DNA of 64,000 nucleotides, taken from the NCBI GenBank assembly GCA_965215015.1, contig OZ244042.1:3616001-3680000 (forward strand), in the 5' to 3' direction. The stretch's first letter is position 1. Every line of letters begins with the position of its first letter. Both the position numbers and the translations under genes were made by a program. This DNA comes from Candidatus Poribacteria bacterium. Its GTDB lineage: Bacteria; Poribacteria; WGA-4E; PCPOR2b. This document shows, one piece after another, positions 8,856 through 19,900 of the stretch. The notes under the pieces were generated by a model that worked only from the letters and a program-made list of their open reading frames with translations, ran no database searches and was not told the DNA's origin.

Positions 8856-9093
8856 ACCTGAGTTTGTAGTAGTGCAATTCGTTGCGCGTCTTTAAGGGAG
8901 TGGGCATACGCCGTATGCCTACTATTTTTGGATGAACTGGAGCTGCCCGATTTATCGGGCGTTGAGGGGCATGTTCACTGACGATGAATCACCGAAAGAT
9001 ACCAGTACTATTGGGCTATAATCCCGGCTCAATCCCCCGGTGTGTTGCGCGCCCTTTCTGGTGTAGCCTTTGAAGGTTCAACTGCGTAAGCCC
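8856..9093. repeat. Composite REP-like repeat cluster
   Basis: gaactggagctgcccgatttatcgggcg, gatgaatcaccga and ttcaactgcgtaag recur at ~29740-29905. 8856-8911 resembles the reverse complement of ~47471-47525. Confidence 0.65.
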
Positions 9094-9631
9094 TATCTAT
9101 TAAAAAGAAACCGGGTTTTTCGTTCTCGAATGGCCTGATCTCGGTTAAGTCGGTTGGATTTTCCCTCAAATCGTGTTTTTGTCTGTCAAAAACTTGGTTT
9201 CTAACGCTTGGAGGTAAAGGACTGATAAGGAACGCGGGGCTGCGTTCCTACGTTTGCCAAACACCCCTTGTTTTATCAAGGCGGTAACTCAGGTTGTACT
9301 ATATCCCAACAAAGGCGTAAACATAGGCTATCCCTCCCTCTATGACAAATCCGCAGGTATAAATTTAATGGGTTTAGCGGGTACACCGCAATTTGCTACC
9401 CAAAACTTTGCTACTCAAAACCACGGACCCTTCAAGATTGGGGCCAATAGATTAACCTGTTTCAAAGCCTGTCTTTGATCGGAGCAAAGGTGCACCAGTG
9501 CCAAGGAGAATGAGCCCCAATACCCGGTACTGTCGCGCAATATGCCGGGCTTATTGAGTTTAGGCTATTGCGTGACTGTGTTGGTATCTTCTGGATTTGG
9601 TATGACAAACCACGATAGGAGTTAGCGCGAA

Positions 9632-11116
9632 ATGTCTGAAAAACCCAATGTTTTGATGATTATGACAGACCAGCAGAAAGCTACCGCCAGTCACCTCTAT
9701 GGCAATACCTTTTGCGAGACACCTTCCATGGAACGCTTGGCGAGCGAAGGGGTGCTCTTTGAACATGCCTTTACGCCCCATCCCCTGTGCGTTCCAGCGC
9801 GAATTTCGCTCTGGACCTCGCAGTTCCCACATTCACACGGTGGTAGACGCAATCAGACCCTGATGCCAGAGGGTGTGCCCCATGCGTTCCAGCTCTGGAA
9901 GGCTGCCGGATATCACACGGGCTTGATTGGCAAAAATCACTGTTTTGAGCGAGCAGAGGATTTAGCACTTTTCGATACCTGGTGCGAGATTGGCCATGGT
10001 TGGATGTCAGGACACGCGGAGACGCGCGGCATGGAATGGTTTCGCCCAATAGAGGGGATTCGAGCTGCCCATGAGCTGCGGCGGACAATGGTGCCTCAGA
10101 ACCCACGCTTCGGTTATGCTACCTCCGATTTTCCGCTGGAGGACTATTCCACAGGGTTGATTGCGGGTCAGACAGTTCGTTTCCTAGAAGCCCACCGAGA
10201 TGAACCCTTTGCGTTATGGGTTTCATTCCCAGATCCGCACGAGCCTTGGGTCGCGCCGGAGCAGTACGCTGCGATGTTCCCACCGGAGAAGATTGATCTA
10301 CCTCCTTGGCGGGAGGGCGAATTTGACGCACCCGCGCCTGAACGGAACCGCGTACTGTATCAGATGCTAGGGGTGGAATCAGATGCCCTCGAAGATGTGT
10401 ATGGTATGATGGGGGTCTATTACGGTATGGTACGGTTTATTGACGACGGTTTAGGACAGATTTTGGACGTGCTAGAAAATCTTGGTCTGCGCGAAAACAC
10501 AATCGTGGTGTTCTGCTCCGACCATGGGGACTTCATCGGCGAGCATCGGATGCAGTGCAAGGGTGGTGTCTTCTACGACTGCCTGACTCGCGTGCCGCTG
10601 ATTGTCTCTCTGCCCGGTGAGATTGCTGCCAATGTGCGGGATAGTAGCATGGTGAATCTAATTGACATCGTACCGACGCTGTTGGAACTTCAAGGATTAA
10701 ACATACCCCGCTCAATGCACGGCGAGGGACTTCCAACCGTCACCGCCGCTGAACCTCGCGACGTAACATTTTCCGAATACGGCACTGGAGGACCGCCCTT
10801 CCGAATGACAGATTTAGAGAAGCTACCTCAACCGTATGGTAGACGCGCCTTGATACAGTCTCTGCAATGGCGCGAAGCGGAAGGCAGACGTAAGATGGCA
10901 CGGACCCGATCGTGGAAGTATGTGCACGATCCGATGGGTGACCGGGACGAACTTTATGATCTGGAGAACGACCCGTGGGAGTTGGAGAATGTCGTGGACA
11001 ATCCGGCACACCGGGAGGTACTGGCAGACCTAAGGTTGCGTTTGGCAGATTGGAGCATTCGGACGGAGGATGCGAAGCCTGTACCATTGCCTGAAGAAGA
11101 ACACATGAACCCTTAA
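9632..11116 (+). CDS. Sulfatase (Cys-type, formylglycine-dependent)
   Basis: KPNVLMIMTDQ, CVPAR (CxPxR), GKNH, SDHGD, ELYDLENDPWE. Confidence 0.93.
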   Translation: MSEKPNVLMIMTDQQKATASHLYGNTFCETPSMERLASEGVLFEHAFTPHPLCVPARISLWTSQFPHSHGGRRNQTLMPEGVPHAFQLWKAAGYHTGLIGKNHCFERAEDLALFDTWCEIGHGWMSGHAETRGMEWFRPIEGIRAAHELRRTMVPQNPRFGYATSDFPLEDYSTGLIAGQTVRFLEAHRDEPFALWVSFPDPHEPWVAPEQYAAMFPPEKIDLPPWREGEFDAPAPERNRVLYQMLGVESDALEDVYGMMGVYYGMVRFIDDGLGQILDVLENLGLRENTIVVFCSDHGDFIGEHRMQCKGGVFYDCLTRVPLIVSLPGEIAANVRDSSMVNLIDIVPTLLELQGLNIPRSMHGEGLPTVTAAEPRDVTFSEYGTGGPPFRMTDLEKLPQPYGRRALIQSLQWREAEGRRKMARTRSWKYVHDPMGDRDELYDLENDPWELENVVDNPAHREVLADLRLRLADWSIRTEDAKPVPLPEEEHMNP

Positions 11117-11148
11117 TCGTCCCAATCTCATTGGGCTGGAGAGAAATT

Positions 11149-12126
11149 ATGGATTTTATAAAAAGCAACGTACCTCTACCAGAAAGGCTTATCCCGGAGT
11201 TGACCGCATTCTGGGAAGAAATTTTTGAGACTCCCTATGAAGATTTCAAGAGCATTTTCGCCGGCGATGAAACCGAAGCCAACAAGGATATCCTCTACCT
11301 GATGCGGCAGGGGCAAGACTTGGCGGGCACCTCCCATCTTACAGTTGGCAAGGCAGAACCGCGGTTGGGAGGATTGGGAGAGGTGGCGACACCACCTGCG
11401 TTTCGGCGTCAGGGGATTGCTGCCGCGCTGTGCGAATCCGCGCTCGACGATTTTCGCAGACAAGGTGGCGAGGCGTTTTTTCTCGGTACAGGCAATCCAG
11501 AGGCGGCACGGATATATTATCGGCTCGGCTGGCGGAAACTCGCCGGTGCCAACGTGATGGCACTGATCGTATCAGACAACTCGCCGGAGACGTTTCTGGT
11601 GGACTACTTCAGGGAAGCAGAGGGGCAGACCTCCATTATACCGGGAACGGCAGCACAACGGATTCCCATGATTCCCTTGATTGTTTGTCCGCACGACTGG
11701 CAGGTGTTGGACGCCAACACGGGTATATTTTCGACCCGCTATGCCCTACAATCGTCGTGTATGGGATTGTATCCGAAATACGATGCACTCGTTCGACAGC
11801 AGAGTGGTGCATGGTTTGGGACACAGACAGCCAGTAGGCACCTAGTTGGGCTGGCGACAGCACGCCTTGACGAATCTGGCGTGTGCCATGTGGATGGTTT
11901 TACGCATCAATGCCGATTGGATGCTTGGCAGGATTTGATACAGGCAGCAATGAATTGGGGTGCGGATTGTGGGGCGACAGAGTGGTGTGGAATGCTCTCG
12001 GTCGAAGATGAAGACAAGCGGTCGTTGTTTGAGTCGTTGGGATTTGAAGCGACTGGAGAGGGTGAGGCATTTACGTTGGGAGAACGGCAGGTGCCATCGG
12101 TGCTGCTGAAGCGGCCGGGTAATTGA
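11149..12126 (+). CDS. GNAT family N-acetyltransferase
   Basis: VATPPAFRRQGIA motif A, AARIYYRLGW; second degenerate GNAT-like domain. Confidence 0.8.
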   Translation: MDFIKSNVPLPERLIPELTAFWEEIFETPYEDFKSIFAGDETEANKDILYLMRQGQDLAGTSHLTVGKAEPRLGGLGEVATPPAFRRQGIAAALCESALDDFRRQGGEAFFLGTGNPEAARIYYRLGWRKLAGANVMALIVSDNSPETFLVDYFREAEGQTSIIPGTAAQRIPMIPLIVCPHDWQVLDANTGIFSTRYALQSSCMGLYPKYDALVRQQSGAWFGTQTASRHLVGLATARLDESGVCHVDGFTHQCRLDAWQDLIQAAMNWGADCGATEWCGMLSVEDEDKRSLFESLGFEATGEGEAFTLGERQVPSVLLKRPGN

Positions 12127-12260
12127 GGAGGTATTGTCTGGATCACGGATTCAGCAGATTACGCGGAAAACACGGATAAGCAAACGAAGCTGCCACCGTG
12201 CTATAGTGCCTTCAACAAACCAAATACACAAAAAACCCAACAACCCTACAGAAACCTTTG

Positions 12261-12426
12261 CTCAAGTTACTTTGAATCCCAATTTTATCGGGGCAGAACG
12301 CAGTAGATAATGGTGGAGGTTTCCCAGCCTGCGGGACGATCATAGATTGGAAACCTGTACCACGATTGTAATTGTCAGGTAGTAACTTGAGTAGAAATTC
12401 TGTGGATATCCAGCTAGCAACTTGAA
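12261..12426. mobile_element. MITE-like repeat
   Basis: 11-bp inverted repeats CTCAAGTTACT (12261) and AGTAACTTGAG (12381-12391). Homologous element at ~25529-25693; partial gttgctttgaatccc ends at ~5567-5592 and ~46009. Confidence 0.6.
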
Positions 12427-12432
12427 CAGTTT

Positions 12433-13278
12433 CTACGTCCATGCAGTCTTTCTTGATATGTGATGTTCGTGCTGGTCACGGCGGGGTGGAATTTCCGTAC
12501 CTCTCAATTCGCGGATCAATTCAATAAGTCCCTCGGTCGCCGCTTCCAAGAACTTCTCCCCTTTTTCCTTGGTGGCTTTGGTTGCGTCGCCTAATACGCC
12601 GCTCGCGGTCTGTGAACTCCAGTAAGGTATCAAACGCGCAGCGGACCCTTGGGGGTGAGTTCCCGCGAGCAAATCCGTTTTGAAACTCGGCGGCAACGGC
12701 GACCTTTCATCTACCGCTCGACTCATATCGACCAAATCCGGCTTTAAGGCAAGATAGAGGGCCGTTTCATATTCTCCCCCGTGTGATGTTCCACCATACT
12801 CGGAATCCCTGACCTCGGCACCAACATCCTTAATTTTGCGGGTGTCCCAATGGTTTACTGAAGTACAGAGGATCTTCCCTTCATATTCGATATTTGTCAG
12901 CCGCGCCGCGAGATCGAGGGGAGAGGTATTACTCCCGTGACCATTTACGATGAGGATTCGCTTGAAACCGTGGTGGGCAAGGCTGCAACAGACATCTCTG
13001 ACATACTTGATAAAAGTATCCCAACCAATGGTGAGTGTCCCGTGAAAATCCATGTGATGCGGACTATAACCGTGCGGGACCGGCGGCGCAAGCACTGCCT
13101 CCGATGGGATACGCGCCACAGCGCGTTCACAGATACCTGTGCAAAGGACCACATCCGTATCAACAGGGAGGTGGGGGCCATGGTCTTCATACGTCGCAAC
13201 CGGGAGGACCGCAACACGGTCCTGTTCGGCAGCCTCTTTGGTTTCGTACCAGATCATTTCGGCAAAGCGATATTTCAT
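12433..13278 (-). CDS. Creatininase/creatinine amidohydrolase family protein
   Basis: LPVATYEDHGPHLPVDTD, GYSPHH, NGHGSN, HGGEYET. Start placed at MKYRF; the longer ORF reads through a REP. Confidence 0.9.
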   Translation of the reverse strand: MKYRFAEMIWYETKEAAEQDRVAVLPVATYEDHGPHLPVDTDVVLCTGICERAVARIPSEAVLAPPVPHGYSPHHMDFHGTLTIGWDTFIKYVRDVCCSLAHHGFKRILIVNGHGSNTSPLDLAARLTNIEYEGKILCTSVNHWDTRKIKDVGAEVRDSEYGGTSHGGEYETALYLALKPDLVDMSRAVDERSPLPPSFKTDLLAGTHPQGSAARLIPYWSSQTASGVLGDATKATKEKGEKFLEAATEGLIELIRELRGTEIPPRRDQHEHHISRKTAWT

Positions 13279-13886
13279 TATTTTTTCCTTAATTTTGGGA
13301 TGGTATGATAACCTAAAGTAGTATGCACGTTCCGCCGTGCCGTGATTTCCGCGATGGTTACGGCATGAGGTATCTTCATCAAGCGGCAGGTTCATGGATG
13401 GATTCAGTCGTGCCACGAAGAGAAATTGCCGGTTCCCAATATCGTAGGGGCGGTGTAGTTTCGTGGGTAATATCCAGAAAACGCCTCCCATTATCGGCGT
13501 ACCAAGCACGTGCTGTTCGGGTTTCAGTCAAAATCTGATTGCCATTTCCCTTGACATAGATTAGCCCTTCCACAAATTCCGCGTCCACCGGCCCATCAGG
13601 AGCTGCGCCGGTTTCTGCTCGATACAGTAGCGATTGTTGGGTGGCAGGTGAACGCCGGGGCTGGCGTGCCCTGCCGCTTCTCCCGCTCCCAGGGAGCCGG
13701 TCTGCCAACTTATGTCTCGAATTACACACAGCGCATTGTACAACATACCGAATTTTTTTGCAAACGCTTTCTCCAGTTGACCTTGTGTATGTTTTTGACA
13801 TGGCTATGATTTCATTAGTTGATTTTCCAAAATCGATAGCCTGCATCGAGATCTGAATCTCGACCAACGGGGTTTATCATTCGTAC

Positions 13887-13931
13887 AAAAAAAAACTGCT
13901 AAATGCCTCGTTGCGAGGAGGCATTTAGCAG
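13887..13931 (-). terminator. Rho-independent terminator after giant surface-protein gene
   Basis: 14-bp perfect stem CTGCTAAATGCCTC/GAGGCATTTAGCAG plus T9 on the minus strand. Confidence 0.9.
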
Positions 13932-13970
13932 CTATGTTAAGTGAATGTATAGTAATGTATAGTGTGGACG

Positions 13971-16900
13971 TTACTTCAGAATCATCATCTTACGGGTTGC
14001 CGAGAATTCTCCTGCACTGAGGCTGTAGAAGTAGATGCCACTGGCAACCTGTTCACCGAAACGGTTTCGCCCGTCCCAGTAGATGGCTTTGGCTCTCGAC
14101 TCATAGACCGCCGCCGTTTGATGCCCCATATCGAGGGTTCGCACCACCTGACCCGCGGTATCGTAGATGGTCAACACCACATCCGCATCTGATGCCAACC
14201 GATACGGTATCCAGGTCTCTGGGTTGAACGGATTCGGATAGTTTCGCAGCAGCTCCGTCTCTGACGGAATCTCATAGGCGATGAGGTCTGCCAACTCAAT
14301 CCGAGTGGCTTTTACATCGTCAACCGTAACGATATGACGCACCGGCTGGACACCGATTAACGGACTCGGTGAATCAGCTGAAATCTCCAGGACATCCCCG
14401 ACCTGTGCCGCATGACCGACCTTCAGGTCAACAAAGGTCATGTTGTAACCTGTGGCCGTCTCGGCAGAGGTCACCCGGTTGAGTGCGGCTTTGGTGGACA
14501 GGTTCTTCACCTTGACCCGGAATCCGTCCTGCACCCCTCCGGTGGTCTCATCAACGACCGAACCGTTGACATCCAGGACGGGGGTTTGACCGGCCACCCG
14601 ATGGCTAAGCAACGCGATAGGTGCAGCCGCCGCCGTGTCCTGACTCCAACCTGTTCCGATAAGGGCAGCGGTTGCATCGGTGGTCGCTGTGACCAGATAG
14701 GCAGCATCCCCCATAACCGGTCCATCACCTGAATCCCCTGCCGCTGCAACGGACTTGTATCCATCCACCGTTGAAACAACGACACTGACGACAACGCCGG
14801 TAGCAAAGAGCCCGGCAATGTCGCTGACATTGGTCAGTCTCGCATCGTTAACGGGTAGGCCGATGAGGTTAGAACCGGCTGTTAGATTGATGGTTGATGC
14901 GCCGTCGTCCCATGCATACCCGGTGAAAGTCACCGTCGCTTCGGCACTCATTGAAACGAGGATACCCAGGTCTGCGGTAATCGGGACATCGTCGCTCCGA
15001 CTATTCCATAAATCGGTGGTATTATCATAGACAATGAGCAGATTGGCGTCGCTGCCGAGCATCTCACGGAGGTCTCCTACCGTGTCGAGCCCCTCAACTG
15101 CCAACGGGACGTGGAACAGGCTCGTACCCGCCGGTATCACAGAGGTATAGGACAGTTTGTTGTCCAACGTAACCATCGCGGTGCCGCTGCCGCTGTTGCC
15201 TGCGGCGTCGATCGCGGTTACGGTGATGGTTTTCGAGCCATTGATGGCTGTGTTATCTTCACTGACAACGACTGAGGCACTATACGAACCATCGGCGCCC
15301 ATCGTCAGACTGACCGCATCGGTTTGGGTGGTGTCTAACATGGAGACATCCGCCATCACGGAGGTGATGCGGCTCGCGTCCGAGACGGTCGCAGAGATTT
15401 CCACCGGCTCACCGTTGGCAACGGTCTCGGGAGACGCCATCGCCATCACGGTCGGCATCGTGCTGTCAAGTGTCAACGCATTGGACACCATCACACTTTG
15501 ACCATTCAGATTGACAGCCACATCATACATACCATCGGCGTGCTGATCAGCGACGACGGTAAACGATCCGCTGTAGGCACCGCTCGATACTTCGGTCATC
15601 GACCGGTCGGTGACAATCGAACCGACGGAGAACATCACGGTTCGACCCGCTGTTCCCATCGCACTGACGGTGACGGTATCACCCGCCATAGCGAGTGCAG
15701 GTTCAATCGTGACGCTGCCTTCGGTAATGGCTATGACAGAGGTTGTGACCGTCACCGGATGGCTTGCCATCGTCAGTCCCGGTGCTGTCGCGGTAATCGT
15801 TGCCATCCCGGGAGTCGAATCTTGATAGTAGACCATCGCTGAGACGTCGCCGGCTGCAACGGTCACGGTGATGCTTTCGGTTCCCGTCCCTTCAGCGAGC
15901 TCAGAGAAGGTGCCTGCGGAGCTGGATGTCAGGGTGACCGACACATCGGACGCCATCGCCACCTCATGCCCATCGGCATCTCTCAACCCGACCGTGATAC
16001 CTAACGGCATCGCCCCGTCGTCGGCAGAAACCGTGCCGGCACTGCTGAGTGTCAGTTGGCTCGGCGTTGAGGCTTGGACGCGCACCGAAACGTTGGACGC
16101 TACTGGGCGACCATCAAAAAGCATGACGAAGTTAGAGACCTCACGGTTGGCGGGGGCGTCGGCATTGTGGTAGGTGAAGCTGATTTCATCCCCCGCTTCG
16201 ACCTCAAGCCCGCCCAATTTCACACGCGCAACCATGTCTCGACCGACCGGTGCCAGTTTCTCGACACTCACCGTCGTCGCAACACCCATATGCCGGTGCA
16301 CCACGGTGTAGGTTCCCTTATTTTCAGGGTCCATCGCCGCACTGCTCGGCGCAGTCCAACCGGCGGGCACCTGCACCCGGAATTCCCGTGGCGCGTTGAT
16401 GATGCCTACGGCGGTGTAGGTAAAGGTCAGGTTCACCCCTGTCGCCCCGGCGTCTACAATTCTCGGTGCGACCTCACCCGAACCGGCCCCCTGTCTTGCC
16501 TCGTCAACATCGACGGTCAGCATGGTCTCATCGCCGGAGACAGGGTCAAACTCATCGGCTGCATCGCCCCCGTGGACTCCAACCGCAAAGGCGACACCGG
16601 TGTCCGCGGTGGGCTTGGGCTGCACATCACCTGTATAGACAAAGGTCACCGTCCCGTTGGCACTCAAGTTGACACCTTCGACGATAGCCATTTGACCACT
16701 AAAGGTGGGTGCGATTGCTGGTGTAATCGACACCGTCTCCGCGGTCGGTGCAGACCAATCGGCGGGAACCTCGAGCCGCACCTTGCCACCGACCATTTGA
16801 CCGGCTGCCGTGTAGGTGACGGTCAGCTCCCTGCCGGTATCACCGGTATGAAGCGTACCCTCCCCATCGGTCACGGCAATGACGGCTTTGCCTTTACCAC

Positions 16901-19900
16901 TGGCTTGCGGGTTGACGGTGACGGTCGGCTGCGTTCGAATCGGTGCCAGGTTACCGTCTTCACCGCCCCGAACGGCAAACCGAAACGCATCAACCCCTGT
17001 CGTGGCAGAAGCTACCGCACGCCCTGCTTCGGTCGCACCGTAGGTAATCCTTATGTCATTGGCTTTGTCAAGCGAAAAGATAGGCACGGTCACAGAGAAT
17101 TTATCATCGTCCGTGACGCTGCCAAGCCCCACGCCCTCCACCTCAGTATACCCCGGTAGGCTGACCTCTTCGACCTGCGGTTGACTCCAGCTCGACGGGA
17201 CGGTGAATTTCAGCTCCCCATCTTCAATCGTCTGACTCGGGGTGTAGGTAAACACCAATACCACATCGTCGGACGCCGCACGGACGGAGGAGGTATCCAA
17301 TGTAACCGTTCCCGTCCCGTCCAATGCGCTCGTCACTTTGACTTGTAAGATACCGGGGGCATCTTCATAAATCCTCTGGGTCTTGTCGGGGTTTCTTATC
17401 TTCTCCCGGTCGGTGTGTTCCAAGGTACTGGTAATAGCCTCGAAAACGCCGTCGCCATCCCCATCGGATCTAATCACGAACTGGGCGGTGCCAACATTGT
17501 CCTGAACCTCCGCTCCGACAGCGGCACCTGTGCCACCCCCGTAGATAAATCGGAAACTCCCCCCTTCGGCGAGTGTATCGATGGTCGCTATCGCGTAACG
17601 ATCGTTTATATCATCAGGAAGCAAGGAGACCCCTGCCCCTCTGACCGTCACATAATTCCGCTGGGTCGGATCGTTCTGCATCGCCCCCCAACCGTCTGGA
17701 ATTTCAAGGCTTACAGCCCCACCGTCCATCGTGCCGGCTGCGGTGAACACGACCTCAATCGCCTGATTGCTACTCCCTGCCTCAATCGACCCCGGCGACA
17801 GCCGTGCTGTCCCCGTACCGTCTTCGACGTTGCTCAGCGTGACCGTGGCGGTTCCAGCGGTCCGGGTGCTGGCACCCCGTGACGTTCTAAAGGTGCCGGA
17901 CACTTGGACTGCACCGGCGACATGATATAAGACCGCTCGACTATCATCGGCAGCACCATACGTAATCGTGACGGATTCACCGACATCGAGCCGACCGATT
18001 GCAACGGTGATGGTGCGACCGGAGACGGTTATCTGATCCGCACCAATACCCCCGGCACCGCCGCTCTTTTCTGCATCACCGGAAACGGCCACCTCACCGG
18101 CGGTTGCGTCTACCTTGGTCGGTGGACTGCCCAAAGTGGACGGGATGGTCAACCGTACCTCACCGTCCCGTATGGGCGTAGCATCCGCTATAAACTTGAA
18201 ATTGATAGTCGCTTTACTTCCGGCGCGGAAGGTGTCATCGCCATCAACTTCAAATCGAACCGCATCGCCTGAGGTCTTCACAACCGAGAGGATGGGTTCC
18301 CCCTCATTAATATCGGTGGTAGGATCGTCTTTAAGTTTCTCGCCCTCATCCGCACCAATCGCCACCGTCACACCCCAGGGATACTCCTTGGCTTCTGCGA
18401 GGATATTGACCCTGCGGATTCTGGCGGTCACGGTTTTCCCTTTTTCAAGGTCGAGACCGGACCACTCAATCATATTTCCATCAGCATTTACCTCTAATCC
18501 TTCAGAACCCGAAACATACCCATAGTCCGTCGAGGTGCCGGTTTGGAGTTTCTGGGTATCATCGAGAACAATGCCATCCGGCTCAATCGTTATAGTAGCA
18601 CCCTCAAGGTCAGTGTAGGCGGTATAAGTTAGGGTGATATCTCTCCGTTGAGAACCCGCCTCCACAGACGCTGGAGACAAGTCCAACTTACCAGAACCCG
18701 CCACATCAATCCAATCCCCACCAATGACTTCTACATCTATAAGAGATGCAGAGGGGTCAGAACCGACACCGACAAGGGTATGCGCGATGATGCCCGGTTC
18801 GATAAACGTGTCCGCTTCAGTAAAGACACTATAAGTAGTACCGGGACCAATCCCGTCCTCACGAGTATACGAAACGATAATTTGCTGACCCGTATCAAGC
18901 GTCTTAATGGGAATATGTAGGTTAAGGGTGGTTAGTGGAAACCCAGTGCCCGGTGCTATTGTAGCGGGCACAACAGTCGGATCTTCTCGTAGTTTGGCCC
19001 CGCCCCTGATTGTCACATTAAAATCGTCAATCACAGGGGTGTCCTGTGGCCCTAAATGTGCTATCGCGCCGCTATAATATATGGTAAGTGAACTATCGTG
19101 CATCGGCCCAGGGGCTGTGAAGGTGAGAGTGAATCGGGTATTTGTCTCACCCGGAAATACCCGCCCCGGTTCAATTGTCAGCTTTCTTTCGAGAGGGTCA
19201 CGGTCGGTACCCCCTCCTATGATATTGCCAACCCTGACAACCGGATGACTGGGTAACAGACTAAGCACATCATTCCGGGCACTCTCACTACATAGGAATT
19301 CATAGGTCTCATACGCAACATCATCACTAGTATCATCAGCAGTACCCCGGTTGTCCGTAGCACGCAGACGAGAAGGAACCGGAGCCGTTACATCACCCAA
19401 TTGGATGATGAGGTCTCTATTAAACCGTTGGGGACCCCACGCCGAATCGAGGGCGACGGTTATCCGCTTGTCCGCTTCAAAGTCCACCCTACCCGTATCA
19501 GTACCTGAGACGTTGCCCTCTTCATCCGTTTTGTATATTTCTGTGTCACCATCCATGACCAATAGAAACTTGTTAGACACCTCCCAAGCGGAGGGAAACG
19601 CTATCCGAAAGCGTCCACCAGACAGGTTATCAGCCGTTGGTTTGTAGGTAAATTTCAGAACGTTCCAATAACTGCCAGCAGCAAGCGGAAGCGTGCTGTC
19701 CTCGACATCCACACCGGTATCAACAGTAATCTCTGAAATCTCTGAAGGCGCCTCGGCAGCCGCTTCTCGGAAACCCCAACCTACCTGTACCTCTGCGGCT
19801 GGTTGGACGAGCAGATAAAAGTTGGCGTCGGACTCTGCTCTGGGCTCGTTGGTGGGTACTCCGGGGTCGCCTAATCGTTGTCTTCTGATGTGAATACTTG

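Noticed and set aside
9254-9560. Possible gene or intron remnant after the recombinase
   Set aside because: No frame gave a recognisable motif; only a short tandem duplication (tttgctac.caaaac) is evident.
13279-13509. N-terminal extension of the creatininase ORF
   Set aside because: Reads through a GTAG-type REP (HGTAERAYY); family similarity begins at MKYRF.
13379-13867. 162-aa minus-strand ORF
   Set aside because: No RBS or recognisable motif and it lies just past a strong terminator; possibly gene debris but unsupported.
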